Shown here piece after piece: positions 19,679 to 29,774 of a stretch of 64,000 bases of DNA (its first letter is position 1; every line of letters starts with the position of its first letter). The stretch lies in the NCBI GenBank assembly GCA_963664815.2, contig CAXXHB010000003.1, forward strand, positions 4,032,001-4,096,000, written 5' to 3'. The notes below the pieces were generated by a model. It ran no database searches and was not told where the DNA came from. It saw only the letters and a program-made list of their open reading frames with translations. This DNA is from Spirochaetota bacterium (GTDB lineage: Bacteria > Spirochaetota > UBA4802 > UBA5550). The position numbers and the translations under genes were made by a program.

Positions 19679-19746
19679 CTTTATTCTCAATTACAAGTGA
19701 TATTCACAATATTTAAGCCTTTACGAGGTTCTGATGAACAGCGTTT

Positions 19747-20838
19747 TTATAAATCCTGCAGGGAACATTTTTCAAGATTAGCAAGAATAAGCTCCCCCAT
19801 TTCTTTTGTACTAACCTGTTTTTTACCCTGCGACATTATATCACCGGTTCTATAATCCTGTTCAAGAGCTTTTTCAATTGAAGTGAAAATCATTGTGTAA
19901 GCCTCATTTAATCCAAAACTGTACTTTAACATCATGGCAGCGGAGAGTATCTGAGCTATGGGATTAGCTATACCTTTCCCCGCTATATCAGGAGCGGATC
20001 CTCCCGCAGGTTCATAAAGACCGAATGTTCCATCAGAAAGCGATGCAGATGGAAGCATCCCTATGGAACCGGTAATCATTGATGCCTCATCAGAAAGGAT
20101 GTCACCGAACATATTATCACATAACATAACATCAAACTGGCGCGGATCTTTTACAAGCTGCATCGATGCGTTATCTACATAAAGATGATTAAGAGAAACT
20201 TCCGGATAACCCTTTGCAATCTCCTCAACAATTTCTCTCCATAAAAGCGATGTGGAGAGCACATTGGCTTTATCTATAGATGTAACTTTTTTATTTCGCT
20301 TCATTGCGGTTTCGAAAGCAACTTTTGTTATTCTTTCTATCTCAGGTCGTGTATAGATCAAAGTATCATACCCTTTGGTATTATCCTTAAATTTTGGTTG
20401 CCCAAAATATATACCACCTGTTAATTCCCTGATTATCATTATATCAAAGCCCTCACCGATAATTTCAGATTTAAGAGGGGATGCTTCCTTCAGTTCCCTG
20501 AATATAATAGCAGGTCTCAGGTTTGCGTACAGATTAAAATGTTTTCTTAGCGGAAGAAGAGCACCCCTTTCCGGTTGTTTATCAGGAGGTAGCTTTTCCC
20601 ATTTCGGCCCACCGACTGATCCAAAAAGCACAGCATCTGAATCTTCACAGGTCTTTACAGTATATTCAGGAAGAGGTTCACCATATTTATCAAGTGCCGC
20701 TCCCCCAACATCAGCATAAGAATATGAAAACCCGATACCAAATATTCCGGAAATCTTATCTAATACTTTTCTTGCTTCTTCAATTACTTCAGACCCTATA
20801 CCATCACCCGGGAGTACAGCTATTTTTTTTACAGACAT
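19747..20838 (-). CDS. leuB: 3-isopropylmalate dehydrogenase
   Basis: [62 protein letters not shown]. Confidence 0.97.
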   Translation of the reverse strand: MSVKKIAVLPGDGIGSEVIEEARKVLDKISGIFGIGFSYSYADVGGAALDKYGEPLPEYTVKTCEDSDAVLFGSVGGPKWEKLPPDKQPERGALLPLRKHFNLYANLRPAIIFRELKEASPLKSEIIGEGFDIMIIRELTGGIYFGQPKFKDNTKGYDTLIYTRPEIERITKVAFETAMKRNKKVTSIDKANVLSTSLLWREIVEEIAKGYPEVSLNHLYVDNASMQLVKDPRQFDVMLCDNMFGDILSDEASMITGSIGMLPSASLSDGTFGLYEPAGGSAPDIAGKGIANPIAQILSAAMMLKYSFGLNEAYTMIFTSIEKALEQDYRTGDIMSQGKKQVSTKEMGELILANLEKCSLQDL

Positions 20839-21214
20839 ATTCAACTCCAGATTTATTTGTTAAACATATCTAAAACCAGAAATTAATTTATCCTGTCAAA
20901 TCAAAATCAAAGTTATTTTATAAATCCCGGTTGATTTGTCCATTTTATCTGCAAATTACCAACAACCTGTAGCAAATCCACCCGCCAAAAATTTATGAAA
21001 AAATCACTGTCAAAATGTCAAAATTACTATAAGCTATATATTTTCCAAAATAATAAAAACTTTTCTTTTTTTTTATAAAATTTAAAAATATTTTCTTAAA
21101 AATACAGAATACAGATCCTTTACCATCATTGTTAGATTTTTTAAAATTGTTTATTGCCAAAAAAATCAGTATATAATAAAATAATCAGGATGTAATTTAT
21201 TTTAGGAGAACTAT

Positions 21215-22474
21215 ATGAACTTGAAAAATTTCAGAAATATTAAATCTTTATCTGTTTTATTATCAATGCTTTTTTTAATAATTTCATCATCAGCATTAAA
21301 TGCTCAGAAATCTTCTTCGGTTAAAGACGAAGTACAAAATATAAAGAATCAATCAAAGGAGAATATACAAAAAATCGGAAGAAGTGATAAAGAAATAAGA
21401 GAAACTATGAAAGCAATTCTCGCAGATCAGAAAAAGAAGAACTACAAATTTAAAGTTGAGCTTACAGAAATGATGAAATACAAAATTTCTGAGATTACAG
21501 GAACGAAACCACCTTCTGAAGATGAGCTGAAAAAACTTGAAGAAGAAAAAAGAAAAAAAGAGGAGATGGAACGCATCAACTCTGAAAAGAAAAAACAGGA
21601 AGAGTTAAAACGTCTTGAAGAGGAGAGAAAGAGACGTGAAGACGAAATAAACAAAGAATCTGACAGAAAAAAACAGGAAGAACTAAAGAGACAGGAAGAA
21701 GAGAGAAGAAAACAGGAAGATAAAAAACGTCTTGATGAAGCCAATAGCGCTGCGATGAAAGATCGTAATATTCCTACTAATCTTACACCATCCACCTCAC
21801 TTTCTGCTTTTGCATGGAATGGAAATACAACATCTACCATAGTACAATACCAGGGTATTTGTGGAAGCTGCTGGGCTTTTACTTCAGCTGCGGTTTATGA
21901 AACAGATTACCTTTTAAAAAACAGCAAAACTCTTGATATATCGGAGCAGGCAATACTCGATTGCGCGGTTGACAAAAACGGCAATGATGCTGGAAGCTGC
22001 GATGGTGGATGGTATGGTGGAGTCTTCGACTATTTTATTGCAAAGGGCGCCCGAACTGAAAGCAATACTGAAAAAGACACCAAATATGTTGGAAAACAGG
22101 GATCGTGTTCATCTTCTTCAAAAACAAAATACACTATAACCAAATGGGGATACATAAAGAGAGATGCGGGAATTCCTACTGTCAAGGAGATGAAAGAAGC
22201 CATTGCAAAATATGGTGCAATTGCCGCGACAGTAAAAGTCACTCCCGCATTCCAGGCCTATAAAAGTGGTATTTTTGACGAGCATGCATCTGTTTCTGGA
22301 CCAAACGATGTTAATCATGCAATTACAATCGTGGGATGGGATGATACAAAAAAGGCATATCTTGTTAAAAACTCATGGGGTCCACAATGGGGAGAAAAAG
22401 GATATATCTGGGTTGAATATGGAAGCAATAATATAGGTTATGGAGCAGCCTGGATTATTGTCACAAAAGAATAA
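21215..22474 (+). CDS. Secreted papain-family (C1A) cysteine peptidase with E/K/R-rich helical insert
   Basis: QGICGSCWAF (Gln, Cys), SEQAILDC, NHAITIVGW (His), KNSWG (Asn); signal peptide; three EELKRxEEERK-like repeats. Confidence 0.92.
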   Translation: MNLKNFRNIKSLSVLLSMLFLIISSSALNAQKSSSVKDEVQNIKNQSKENIQKIGRSDKEIRETMKAILADQKKKNYKFKVELTEMMKYKISEITGTKPPSEDELKKLEEEKRKKEEMERINSEKKKQEELKRLEEERKRREDEINKESDRKKQEELKRQEEERRKQEDKKRLDEANSAAMKDRNIPTNLTPSTSLSAFAWNGNTTSTIVQYQGICGSCWAFTSAAVYETDYLLKNSKTLDISEQAILDCAVDKNGNDAGSCDGGWYGGVFDYFIAKGARTESNTEKDTKYVGKQGSCSSSSKTKYTITKWGYIKRDAGIPTVKEMKEAIAKYGAIAATVKVTPAFQAYKSGIFDEHASVSGPNDVNHAITIVGWDDTKKAYLVKNSWGPQWGEKGYIWVEYGSNNIGYGAAWIIVTKE

Positions 22475-22487
22475 TATGGAGATGAAA

Positions 22488-22874
22488 ATGTTAATAAGAA
22501 AAAACCCATTTATAGCATTCATATTCGCTTTTATTATATCGGGATGTTCAAGTTCACCTGAAGTTTTAGTAAAAACAGATTCCAGGGGGGAAACAATCTC
22601 TGCAGGAGTGGATAAAGAATTTATAATTAATCTGGAAGGACAACTAAGCACCGGTTGTGCATGGAAGGTTTCAAACATCCCTGCATCATTTAAAATCATT
22701 AAAGAAAACGTTAAAACTGAAGAGAACGATAAAGCCGGCGGTATTGACATTCAGCAGTTTATATACAAATCTGCAGAAAAAGGCGACTTTACACTTGTTT
22801 TCAATTATGCAAGACACTGGGAAAAGAAACCAAAGATAATAAAAACTACTACAATCACTATAAAAATAGAATAG
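22488..22874 (+). CDS. Chagasin-like (I42) cysteine peptidase inhibitor, lipoprotein
   Basis: Lipobox IISGC; 'FIINLEGQLSTGCAW' (NPTTGY.W-like), 'AGG', 'LVFNYARHWE' (Y.RPW-like); ATG at 22488 with GGAG RBS. Confidence 0.8.
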   Translation: MLIRKNPFIAFIFAFIISGCSSSPEVLVKTDSRGETISAGVDKEFIINLEGQLSTGCAWKVSNIPASFKIIKENVKTEENDKAGGIDIQQFIYKSAEKGDFTLVFNYARHWEKKPKIIKTTTITIKIE

Positions 22875-22899
22875 AACGCCATAGTATTTTAAACTGTCT

Positions 22900-22925
22900 T
22901 TACGCTCCGGATTCACGGAGCGTAA
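22900..22925. terminator. Hairpin between convergent genes
   Basis: TTACGCTCCG-GATTCA-CGGAGCGTAA perfect 10-bp stem. Confidence 0.65.
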
Positions 22926-22944
22926 GCTGTATTGCCTCTCTGGA

Positions 22945-24381
22945 TTAATTGACCATGCTTTCCTTAACTTCATCGTACCTGTTAGAGGCATTCCAGAAGA
23001 GGTATCCGTTCGCTCCGGAATCATTCGCTCCCTTAACCTGTTCTTTTATATACATCGCATTGAATTTTGATACCCTCCATCCAAACGCCTGAAGCCATGG
23101 ACGTACAATAACTTTTCCTCCTGAAAGCTCAATAACCTTTCTGCATCCTTCAAGAATAAAATGATAGGGATGATCTCCCGGATTTTTAATTCCATCAAAA
23201 TTATCATTAAAGTGAGAAGGATAAAGCATTGGAGAAATAACGTCGCAATACAGAGCAAGCAATTCTATCTTCTGTCCCGTCATCTCAATATCAACATTTT
23301 TCCCCCATGCTACGACACCAAATATATCTATTGAAAGGAACGCTCCGGCTCTTCTCACTTCTTCATGGGCCCTTTTCAGAAAACGTGAAATGATCTCAAT
23401 CCTCTCCATTTTCCCTTCACTGAAAGTAAATGCTGCATCAGCTTGATCACCAAGCGTTGGAAACCTGATGTAATCAAATTGAATTTCATCAACACCAGCT
23501 TCAGCGAGTTCAACAGCGAGCGCGATATTATAATCCTGAACTTTTTTATTACTTGGATCGCACCACTTTTCATGAGAGATGTGATTCCATTCATTCCCTG
23601 TACTTCTTGACTTTATCCTTGATGATGGATCTAAAGACCAAAGAAGCTGATCGTGAAAAACAGCAATTCTCGCAATGATATAAATTCCGTTTTCCCTGCA
23701 TGCCCTGATAAGACATGGAAGGTTATCAATGGCACCCTGCCTTGTGAGATTATAATCCCTGGCTGTTTTTACTCTGCTCTTTGTATGGACTATTCCTGTA
23801 ATATCCTTTACATCAAACACAATAGCATTAACTCCCATTGCTTTAAACACCGGCAGCCTCCGAAGAAATGATTCACCTCCTGTAGTATCTCCGGAAAAAT
23901 AAAGTCCACGGGTAAAGACTACTCTATCTGACCTGTTATTTTTACTGTCACTTATAATTGGCGGAAGAGACTTTTCGATAAGTATTAACTCTCCCGAATT
24001 TATAATATTCTGATTAATTCGGTTTCTGGACATTATATCCTGCTTCATTGTATAAAGTTTATAATAATCAGTCAAATTAATAGCTGCCAATGTTAATTCA
24101 CCAAGCCCCAGATTTTTATTACCTTTGTAAAAAAGCATATTGGCGAAATGGAACATACCTTCCGGCATATTCCTGTAAGTCTTTACATACTTTTTATAAT
24201 TATTACCGCTAATGACAGTTATTGCACTTTCAGGAGACTCGTAAAGGTTGAATACTCTTATTGCAAATGATATCAGATAGTCTTTCAAATAGACAATACT
24301 GGTAAATGATGAAGCTATAATAAAAATTGCCGCTAAAAGAGATACCCCAGCCAGGGAAAAATATTTAAGTTTTTGTGACAT
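22945..24381 (-). CDS. Putative glycoside hydrolase (DUF4015-like TIM barrel)
   Basis: 'NAIVFDVKD', 'IARIAVFHD', 'GVDEIQFDYIRFP', 'ISPMLYPSHF', 'RPWLQAF', 'FWNASNRY'. Confidence 0.8.
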   Translation of the reverse strand: MSQKLKYFSLAGVSLLAAIFIIASSFTSIVYLKDYLISFAIRVFNLYESPESAITVISGNNYKKYVKTYRNMPEGMFHFANMLFYKGNKNLGLGELTLAAINLTDYYKLYTMKQDIMSRNRINQNIINSGELILIEKSLPPIISDSKNNRSDRVVFTRGLYFSGDTTGGESFLRRLPVFKAMGVNAIVFDVKDITGIVHTKSRVKTARDYNLTRQGAIDNLPCLIRACRENGIYIIARIAVFHDQLLWSLDPSSRIKSRSTGNEWNHISHEKWCDPSNKKVQDYNIALAVELAEAGVDEIQFDYIRFPTLGDQADAAFTFSEGKMERIEIISRFLKRAHEEVRRAGAFLSIDIFGVVAWGKNVDIEMTGQKIELLALYCDVISPMLYPSHFNDNFDGIKNPGDHPYHFILEGCRKVIELSGGKVIVRPWLQAFGWRVSKFNAMYIKEQVKGANDSGANGYLFWNASNRYDEVKESMVN

Positions 24382-24915
24382 ATATATTCCTGAATTTTCA
24401 CAGAAATTAATGAATTAATCTTCATATAATCTTTCTTTTCAAAACAGACAGACCAATTTCATTCTTTCCTGGAAAGTCTTAAAAACTGATATAAAAAATA
24501 AACTTATTTGTTTTAATAATTACTTGAAATATACCTTTTTTCCTGTTAAATATGGGTATTTATACAATTTCGACAAGTTCAATACAGGCATTTGTTACCT
24601 GAAGCTCCATCAAAAGGACATCTATGAATATTTTTTATCATAATAAATTGTTTTAATAAACACAATTTGCCTTCAGGTAATTATTGTTCAATTCAAGTAA
24701 TTAATGTTATATACCAGCATTAATTCACACATTTAAAAATAAAATATTAAGGTAGTAAACAAAAAAATAATTGAACAATAATGACATTGATAAAATAAAC
24801 TGATATCTATATTATATCCAGTCAGCTTTAAATATACTGGACACATATTAATGAATGAACATCAATAAAATACAAAACGTCGCAGATTATTTTTATAAAT
24901 AATTACTGAAAGAAA

Positions 24916-25704
24916 ATGATAAGACAACTAGTTATAAAAACAGGTACAAAGGCTCTCTCACTTCAAAGGGGGATGCATGATTTTATAGATTATACAAAAT
25001 CAATTATTTTTTCATTCCGATCTCTCCGGTATTTAAGTTTCAGATCAATTTATAATATTATTATAAATCAGACAAAATTTACAGGTGTTGATGCGCTTGC
25101 AATAGTAATGATAATTGCCCTGCTTCTTGGAGGAACAGTCATAATTCAGGCGCTGACAAGTCTTCCAAAGTTCGGCGTTGAGGGATTTCTAGGCAATATC
25201 CTGGTTATTATAATTGCACGGGAACTTGGGCCTCTTGCTACAGCACTCATCGTAATTTCAAGATCCGGTTCGGCAATTGCGGCAGAAATTTCTGTCCAGA
25301 AATGGTCACGTGAGATACTCTCCATGGAATTAATGGGTATAGACACGAAACTCTATATTATCTTTCCGCGAATAATAGCTTCTATTCTTTCTATCGGATC
25401 ACTAATTATAATTTTTGACATAGTTGCATTTATCGGCGGTTATATCATTTCACAAACCGTTGTTTATATTCCAATGGATGTTTTCGGACAGACATTGATT
25501 GATTCATTCACATTTAAAGATATAATCGCTGCACTAATTAAAAGTATAATATTTGGAATAACCATTCCTTTGATATGCTGTTATTATGGATTAAAACCAT
25601 CATCAAAATTTGAAATTCCAATTTATGTTTCTAAAGCAGTAATACGTACACTTTTTATATCTATAATTGTTAATATAATTGTATCTGTGTTATTTTATTT
25701 ATGA
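24916..25704 (+). CDS. MlaE-family ABC permease
   Basis: 'RELGPLATALIVISRSGSAIAAE', 'ELMGID', 'PRIIA'. Confidence 0.9.
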   Translation: MIRQLVIKTGTKALSLQRGMHDFIDYTKSIIFSFRSLRYLSFRSIYNIIINQTKFTGVDALAIVMIIALLLGGTVIIQALTSLPKFGVEGFLGNILVIIIARELGPLATALIVISRSGSAIAAEISVQKWSREILSMELMGIDTKLYIIFPRIIASILSIGSLIIIFDIVAFIGGYIISQTVVYIPMDVFGQTLIDSFTFKDIIAALIKSIIFGITIPLICCYYGLKPSSKFEIPIYVSKAVIRTLFISIIVNIIVSVLFYL

Positions 25705-25720
25705 CAGAGAGGATTACCAT

Positions 25721-26479
25721 TTGGAAGATCTTATAATCGATGTGCAGAATGTAACTTATACCTCAAATGGAATAAAACTGCTCGATAATATTTCGTTTAA
25801 ACTAAAGCGTGGAGATAACCTGCTGATATTCGGCCCCGAAGGTTCAGGGATAACCAGCCTTTTCGATTTAATAATACGAACAGATTCAACCTATGATGGT
25901 GATGTTATTTATCAAGGCAGGTCGCTCAAGACTCTCGACTACTTCGGTCAACTTATGCATAAAAAAGACATAGGTTATGTTCATGGGGATTATGGGCTTA
26001 TAAGTAACATGACCGTTGAACAAAACATCTCTCTTCCACTGGAGTACCACTCGAAGATGACAGCGGCCGAGATAAAAAAACACGTGGGTAAAATAATTTA
26101 TGACCTTAACCTTGATCACTGCAGAAAGTTCCGGCCTTTTGACTTAACACGATCTGAAATGTTAAAGACAACATTTGCCAGATCAATTGTAATGGATCCG
26201 GATCTGCTATATCTTGAATTTGCTTTTGAAGATCAATGCCCTCTTAACGTTAAGACAATGATGGATATTTTAATTGAAAGATCCAAACTTCCGGATAAAT
26301 CACTTATTATTATTACATATTATCCATGGAATTTTGTTGATATTTCAGATGCATTTATTATGTTTTTTAATGGGAAATCAGTATTCAATGGATTGAAGGA
26401 GGACTTTTTAAATTCCTGCAATCCTTATCTTGTACAATATAAAAATAATTCTATTGAAGGCCCCATGGTAATCCTATGA
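25721..26479 (+). CDS. MlaF-like ABC nucleotide-binding subunit with degenerate catalytic motifs
   Basis: ABC-like sequence ('LLDNISF', 'NMTVEQNISLPL'), but Walker A GPEGSGIT, signature LTRSE, Walker B LLYLEF, switch ITYY; probable TTG start at 25721. Confidence 0.8.
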   Translation: MEDLIIDVQNVTYTSNGIKLLDNISFKLKRGDNLLIFGPEGSGITSLFDLIIRTDSTYDGDVIYQGRSLKTLDYFGQLMHKKDIGYVHGDYGLISNMTVEQNISLPLEYHSKMTAAEIKKHVGKIIYDLNLDHCRKFRPFDLTRSEMLKTTFARSIVMDPDLLYLEFAFEDQCPLNVKTMMDILIERSKLPDKSLIIITYYPWNFVDISDAFIMFFNGKSVFNGLKEDFLNSCNPYLVQYKNNSIEGPMVIL

Positions 26480-27291
26480 AAAAAATATCTTTTAAAAATT
26501 TTTCTTTAAAAAATCCCAATGAATTACGCGTTGGAATATTTATCCTGGCTCCTGTATTAATACTCCTTTTATTCATTATTCTAAAATTGGGGTATTCACT
26601 TTCCACTTCTACTATAGATGTTTACCTGAAAATTGATAATATATCAGCTATAAAAAAAGGTACAGCCATTAAACTCAAAGGCTATGACATAGGGCGGGTT
26701 GTAGAACTTCAGCCTGTCTATAAACCTGGCCTCCATTTTCTTGCAACAATGAGAATAAAAAGGGATATTGTAATTCAGGAAGATTGCTCCGCGATAATTC
26801 TCAATCAGAATATTATAGGTGATACTGTTGTTGAGATGCGTAATCCTGAAAAAAAAGGATCACCGCTTCGCAGCGGTGATGTAATTGAAGGACTTGAATA
26901 TGTAAACCTTGAAGCTGTACTTAGAGATGTACATAATCTCCTTTCTTCAGTCACAGAAACAGTAAACATAGTGAAAGGTATTTCATCCGATAACAAGCAA
27001 AACATAAGAGGTCTTCTTACAAATCTCGGCACCAGTGTTGCCGGAGTAAACAACATTCTTGCTGATTCACAAAAAGATATCCCTTCAATACTCCAGTCTA
27101 TAAAGGAAACAACAAACACCGTTAAAGATATTTCTGCTGAGTTTAAAAAAGGTCCGGTTTCATTCCTTCTTACTGGTGATGATGATGATAAAAAGAAAGA
27201 AAAAGAAGCGAAAAAAAACAGCAAAGACAAAAAGAATGATTCTGAAAAAAAAGATGATTCTAATAAACCACAAACAGAAGAGAAAAAATAA
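26476..27291 (+). CDS. MlaD/MCE-family protein
   Basis: N-terminal TM 'ELRVGIFIL', MCE 'IKKGTAIKLKGYDIGRV', 'NIIGD', helical C-terminus. Confidence 0.88.
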   Translation: MKKISFKNFSLKNPNELRVGIFILAPVLILLLFIILKLGYSLSTSTIDVYLKIDNISAIKKGTAIKLKGYDIGRVVELQPVYKPGLHFLATMRIKRDIVIQEDCSAIILNQNIIGDTVVEMRNPEKKGSPLRSGDVIEGLEYVNLEAVLRDVHNLLSSVTETVNIVKGISSDNKQNIRGLLTNLGTSVAGVNNILADSQKDIPSILQSIKETTNTVKDISAEFKKGPVSFLLTGDDDDKKKEKEAKKNSKDKKNDSEKKDDSNKPQTEEKK

Positions 27292-27396
27292 TTTTCTCTT
27301 CTGCTAAATCATTAATTTAAATCATTAAACAGCTTACCATTAGCAATGTAGTTTACACGATAACTTTCAGTCTAATCAATATAGACAATAGTTTTG

Positions 27397-28392
27397 TTAA
27401 TCCATATTAATAGTCTTCTTTACTTTATAAGGAGGTATATTCCTTGACTCATGGTAAATCCTTATCATTATCTCAGCAAGAATTCCCATCTGAATAAAAA
27501 GCACCCCGATTATAATAAGCATAACTGTAAGCATAAAAAGCGGGTTTCTTGTCATATTCTGATAATTAAGAATTTTCATTATAATAACTGCACTTCCGGA
27601 TATAACTGCAAACAGGAGTGAAACCAGCCCTGTACCTCCGAAAATATATATAGGTTTAGTTGAATATGACCCCATAAACTTTACAGTTATCAGATCAAGA
27701 ATTACCTTAAATGTTCTCTTAATGCCATACTTAGATTGGCCAAATTGTCTCGCATGATGACCTACCGGAATTTCGGTGATGTTTGCCCCGATCCAAGATG
27801 CATGGACTGGAATAAATCTATGCATTTCCCCGTATAGGTTTACCTGCCTTAAAATTTCACCTCTATAAGCTTTAAGAGAACAGCCAAGATCATGGAGAGG
27901 AACTCCTGTGACTTTAGAAATAAGTCGGTTAGCTATTTTAGACGGCAGCTTTCTCGAAATCCATTTATCCTGTCGTTGATTTCTCCACCCGCTTACGACA
28001 TCGTAACCTTCATCAATCTTCTCCAGCAGCCTTACTATATCCTCCGGCTCATTCTGAAGATCGGAATCCATAAAAACTATTACTTCACCTTTTGAATAAT
28101 CTATTCCGGCAGCCATGGCCGCAGTCTGTCCGAAATTTCTTCTGAAAAGTATAATTTTTACATTTTTATCCTTTTTTGCTATTTCCTGAAGTAATTCCGC
28201 AGATTTGTCGATACTTCCGTCATTGACAAAAATTATTTCATAAGTCCTGCCTAATTTTTTTACTGCATCAAGAACAGCCTTATATTGTAATTGAAGGCTT
28301 TCTTCCTCATTGTAGACAGGGAGTACTACCGAAAGATATGGGGCTTTTTTCGCGGACGTTTTTCTTGAATCTTTTTTATTCCCAGATGCCAT
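27397..28392 (-). CDS. GT2 glycosyltransferase (ArnC/DPM-like)
   Basis: VVLPVYNEE, VNDGS.D, RRNFGQTAA, MDSDLQN, DVVSGWR, YGEMHRFIP, two C-terminal TM helices; likely ATG at 28392. Confidence 0.92.
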   Translation of the reverse strand: MASGNKKDSRKTSAKKAPYLSVVLPVYNEEESLQLQYKAVLDAVKKLGRTYEIIFVNDGSIDKSAELLQEIAKKDKNVKIILFRRNFGQTAAMAAGIDYSKGEVIVFMDSDLQNEPEDIVRLLEKIDEGYDVVSGWRNQRQDKWISRKLPSKIANRLISKVTGVPLHDLGCSLKAYRGEILRQVNLYGEMHRFIPVHASWIGANITEIPVGHHARQFGQSKYGIKRTFKVILDLITVKFMGSYSTKPIYIFGGTGLVSLLFAVISGSAVIIMKILNYQNMTRNPLFMLTVMLIIIGVLFIQMGILAEIMIRIYHESRNIPPYKVKKTINMD

Positions 28393-28694
28393 TGCAAAAC
28401 TCCAATTGTTATTTTCAGTCACAAATTTACCTATTTTAAAAAAATTACAATGCAATATAGAATTCAATATAAAAAATACCATGAACCAGTTGAATTACAT
28501 TATAAATTATTATTTATAATGTACTATTTTTTACAAATATTTTTATTGATAAATTAAATATTTAAATGTGTTTTATCTTTGTATAATAAGCACTGAAAAT
28601 TATTATATCTTTTTTATTACAAGTTGCAATAGCCTGGCTTTATTATCAAGATTTTCTTAACTGATATTTGTGTTGTCTTTACTAAGAGGAAAAA

Positions 28695-29738
28695 ATGAGA
28701 TTTAGCTCAATAACAGATGCAATTGATAGAATTGCCCAAATTGATACTGTATATGAAAAAATTCTGGAAAAGCACTTAAAAAAAGAAAAAAAAATAATTG
28801 CTTCCCCCTGCTTTCTCATTCCGCCGGAAATAATGGCCGCATTTAATATTATATCGTTAAAAATACCGGAATTCTTCCTCAATAAAACAGGTTTTAGCAA
28901 CATAGCCGCATCCCTTTATGACCATATAATCATTTCTGAAAAAGAATGTTCCTGTAATAGATATTTTAAATCAGATAATACTTCTTACATTTTCAAAACA
29001 CCAACTGGTTTCGGAGAAGATGCAGCAGTTTCCCTGCATCATGAAATTTCACTTTTGCTCAATAAACTCTTCTATATAGAGCTTAAGTCAATAAATATTG
29101 AAAGACTTCAGCAAGAAACATTAAAATATGAGCAACTCAGAAGACTGGTAAGAAGTATTTCTTCCATGCGAAGTGAAAATGCTGATTTATTAAGCAATTC
29201 TGATCTCTCGCTTATTTTTGAGACTGCACTGATTTTACCTCCTGAAATCGCCGTTGAATATATCTCACCGGTATTTGATGAGATGAAGAAAGTTGATGAT
29301 AAAAATGATAAAACCTTCATACATGGCATGTTATACGGAGGTAAAACAATACCTTCTGTGATTGCTGATGAAATTGAAAAAAAAGGTATACAGATTATTG
29401 AAGACGATTCATGCTCAGGAAGAAGGCTTTTTGATCTTTCTTTAAACCCGGATTCTGAATATATATTTTACGAACTGCTTGACGCCTACAGTTACCGGGC
29501 AATGCCTCCATGCCTCAGGCCCGAAGATGAAAGATATGAGCTACTATACAAGCTTCTAAGAAATTACAATATCGAAACTGTTATCTTTTTCATGGATGAA
29601 TATTGTATTGATTCCAGAAACGATATTGACTTTCTGAGGATAAAGATGATGCGGGATGGAATTGATCCTGTTTTAGTTAACAAAGATAACTATATGGAAA
29701 AAATTTCTAATTATGTAAACATGATTCAGAAAAGTTGA
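28695..29738 (+). CDS. 2-hydroxyacyl-CoA dehydratase (HgdAB/FldBC-like) family protein, divergent
   Basis: 'PPEIMAAF', 'EDDSCSGRR', 'PPC', 'RYELL..L...YNIETVIF....C'. Confidence 0.65.
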   Translation: MRFSSITDAIDRIAQIDTVYEKILEKHLKKEKKIIASPCFLIPPEIMAAFNIISLKIPEFFLNKTGFSNIAASLYDHIIISEKECSCNRYFKSDNTSYIFKTPTGFGEDAAVSLHHEISLLLNKLFYIELKSINIERLQQETLKYEQLRRLVRSISSMRSENADLLSNSDLSLIFETALILPPEIAVEYISPVFDEMKKVDDKNDKTFIHGMLYGGKTIPSVIADEIEKKGIQIIEDDSCSGRRLFDLSLNPDSEYIFYELLDAYSYRAMPPCLRPEDERYELLYKLLRNYNIETVIFFMDEYCIDSRNDIDFLRIKMMRDGIDPVLVNKDNYMEKISNYVNMIQKS

Positions 29739-29740
29739 TG

Positions 29741-29771
29741 GAGTCTGTCCTCTCCGGGAAATGACAGACTC
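29741..29771. terminator. Hairpin between convergent genes
   Basis: GAGTCTGTC...GACAGACTC. Confidence 0.6.
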
Positions 29772-29774
29772 TTA

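Noticed and set aside
21510-21745. Tandem DNA repeat or CRISPR-like array
   Set aside because: Imperfect in-frame coding repeats of a charged helix with no spacer structure; no CRISPR array or cas gene seen in the window.
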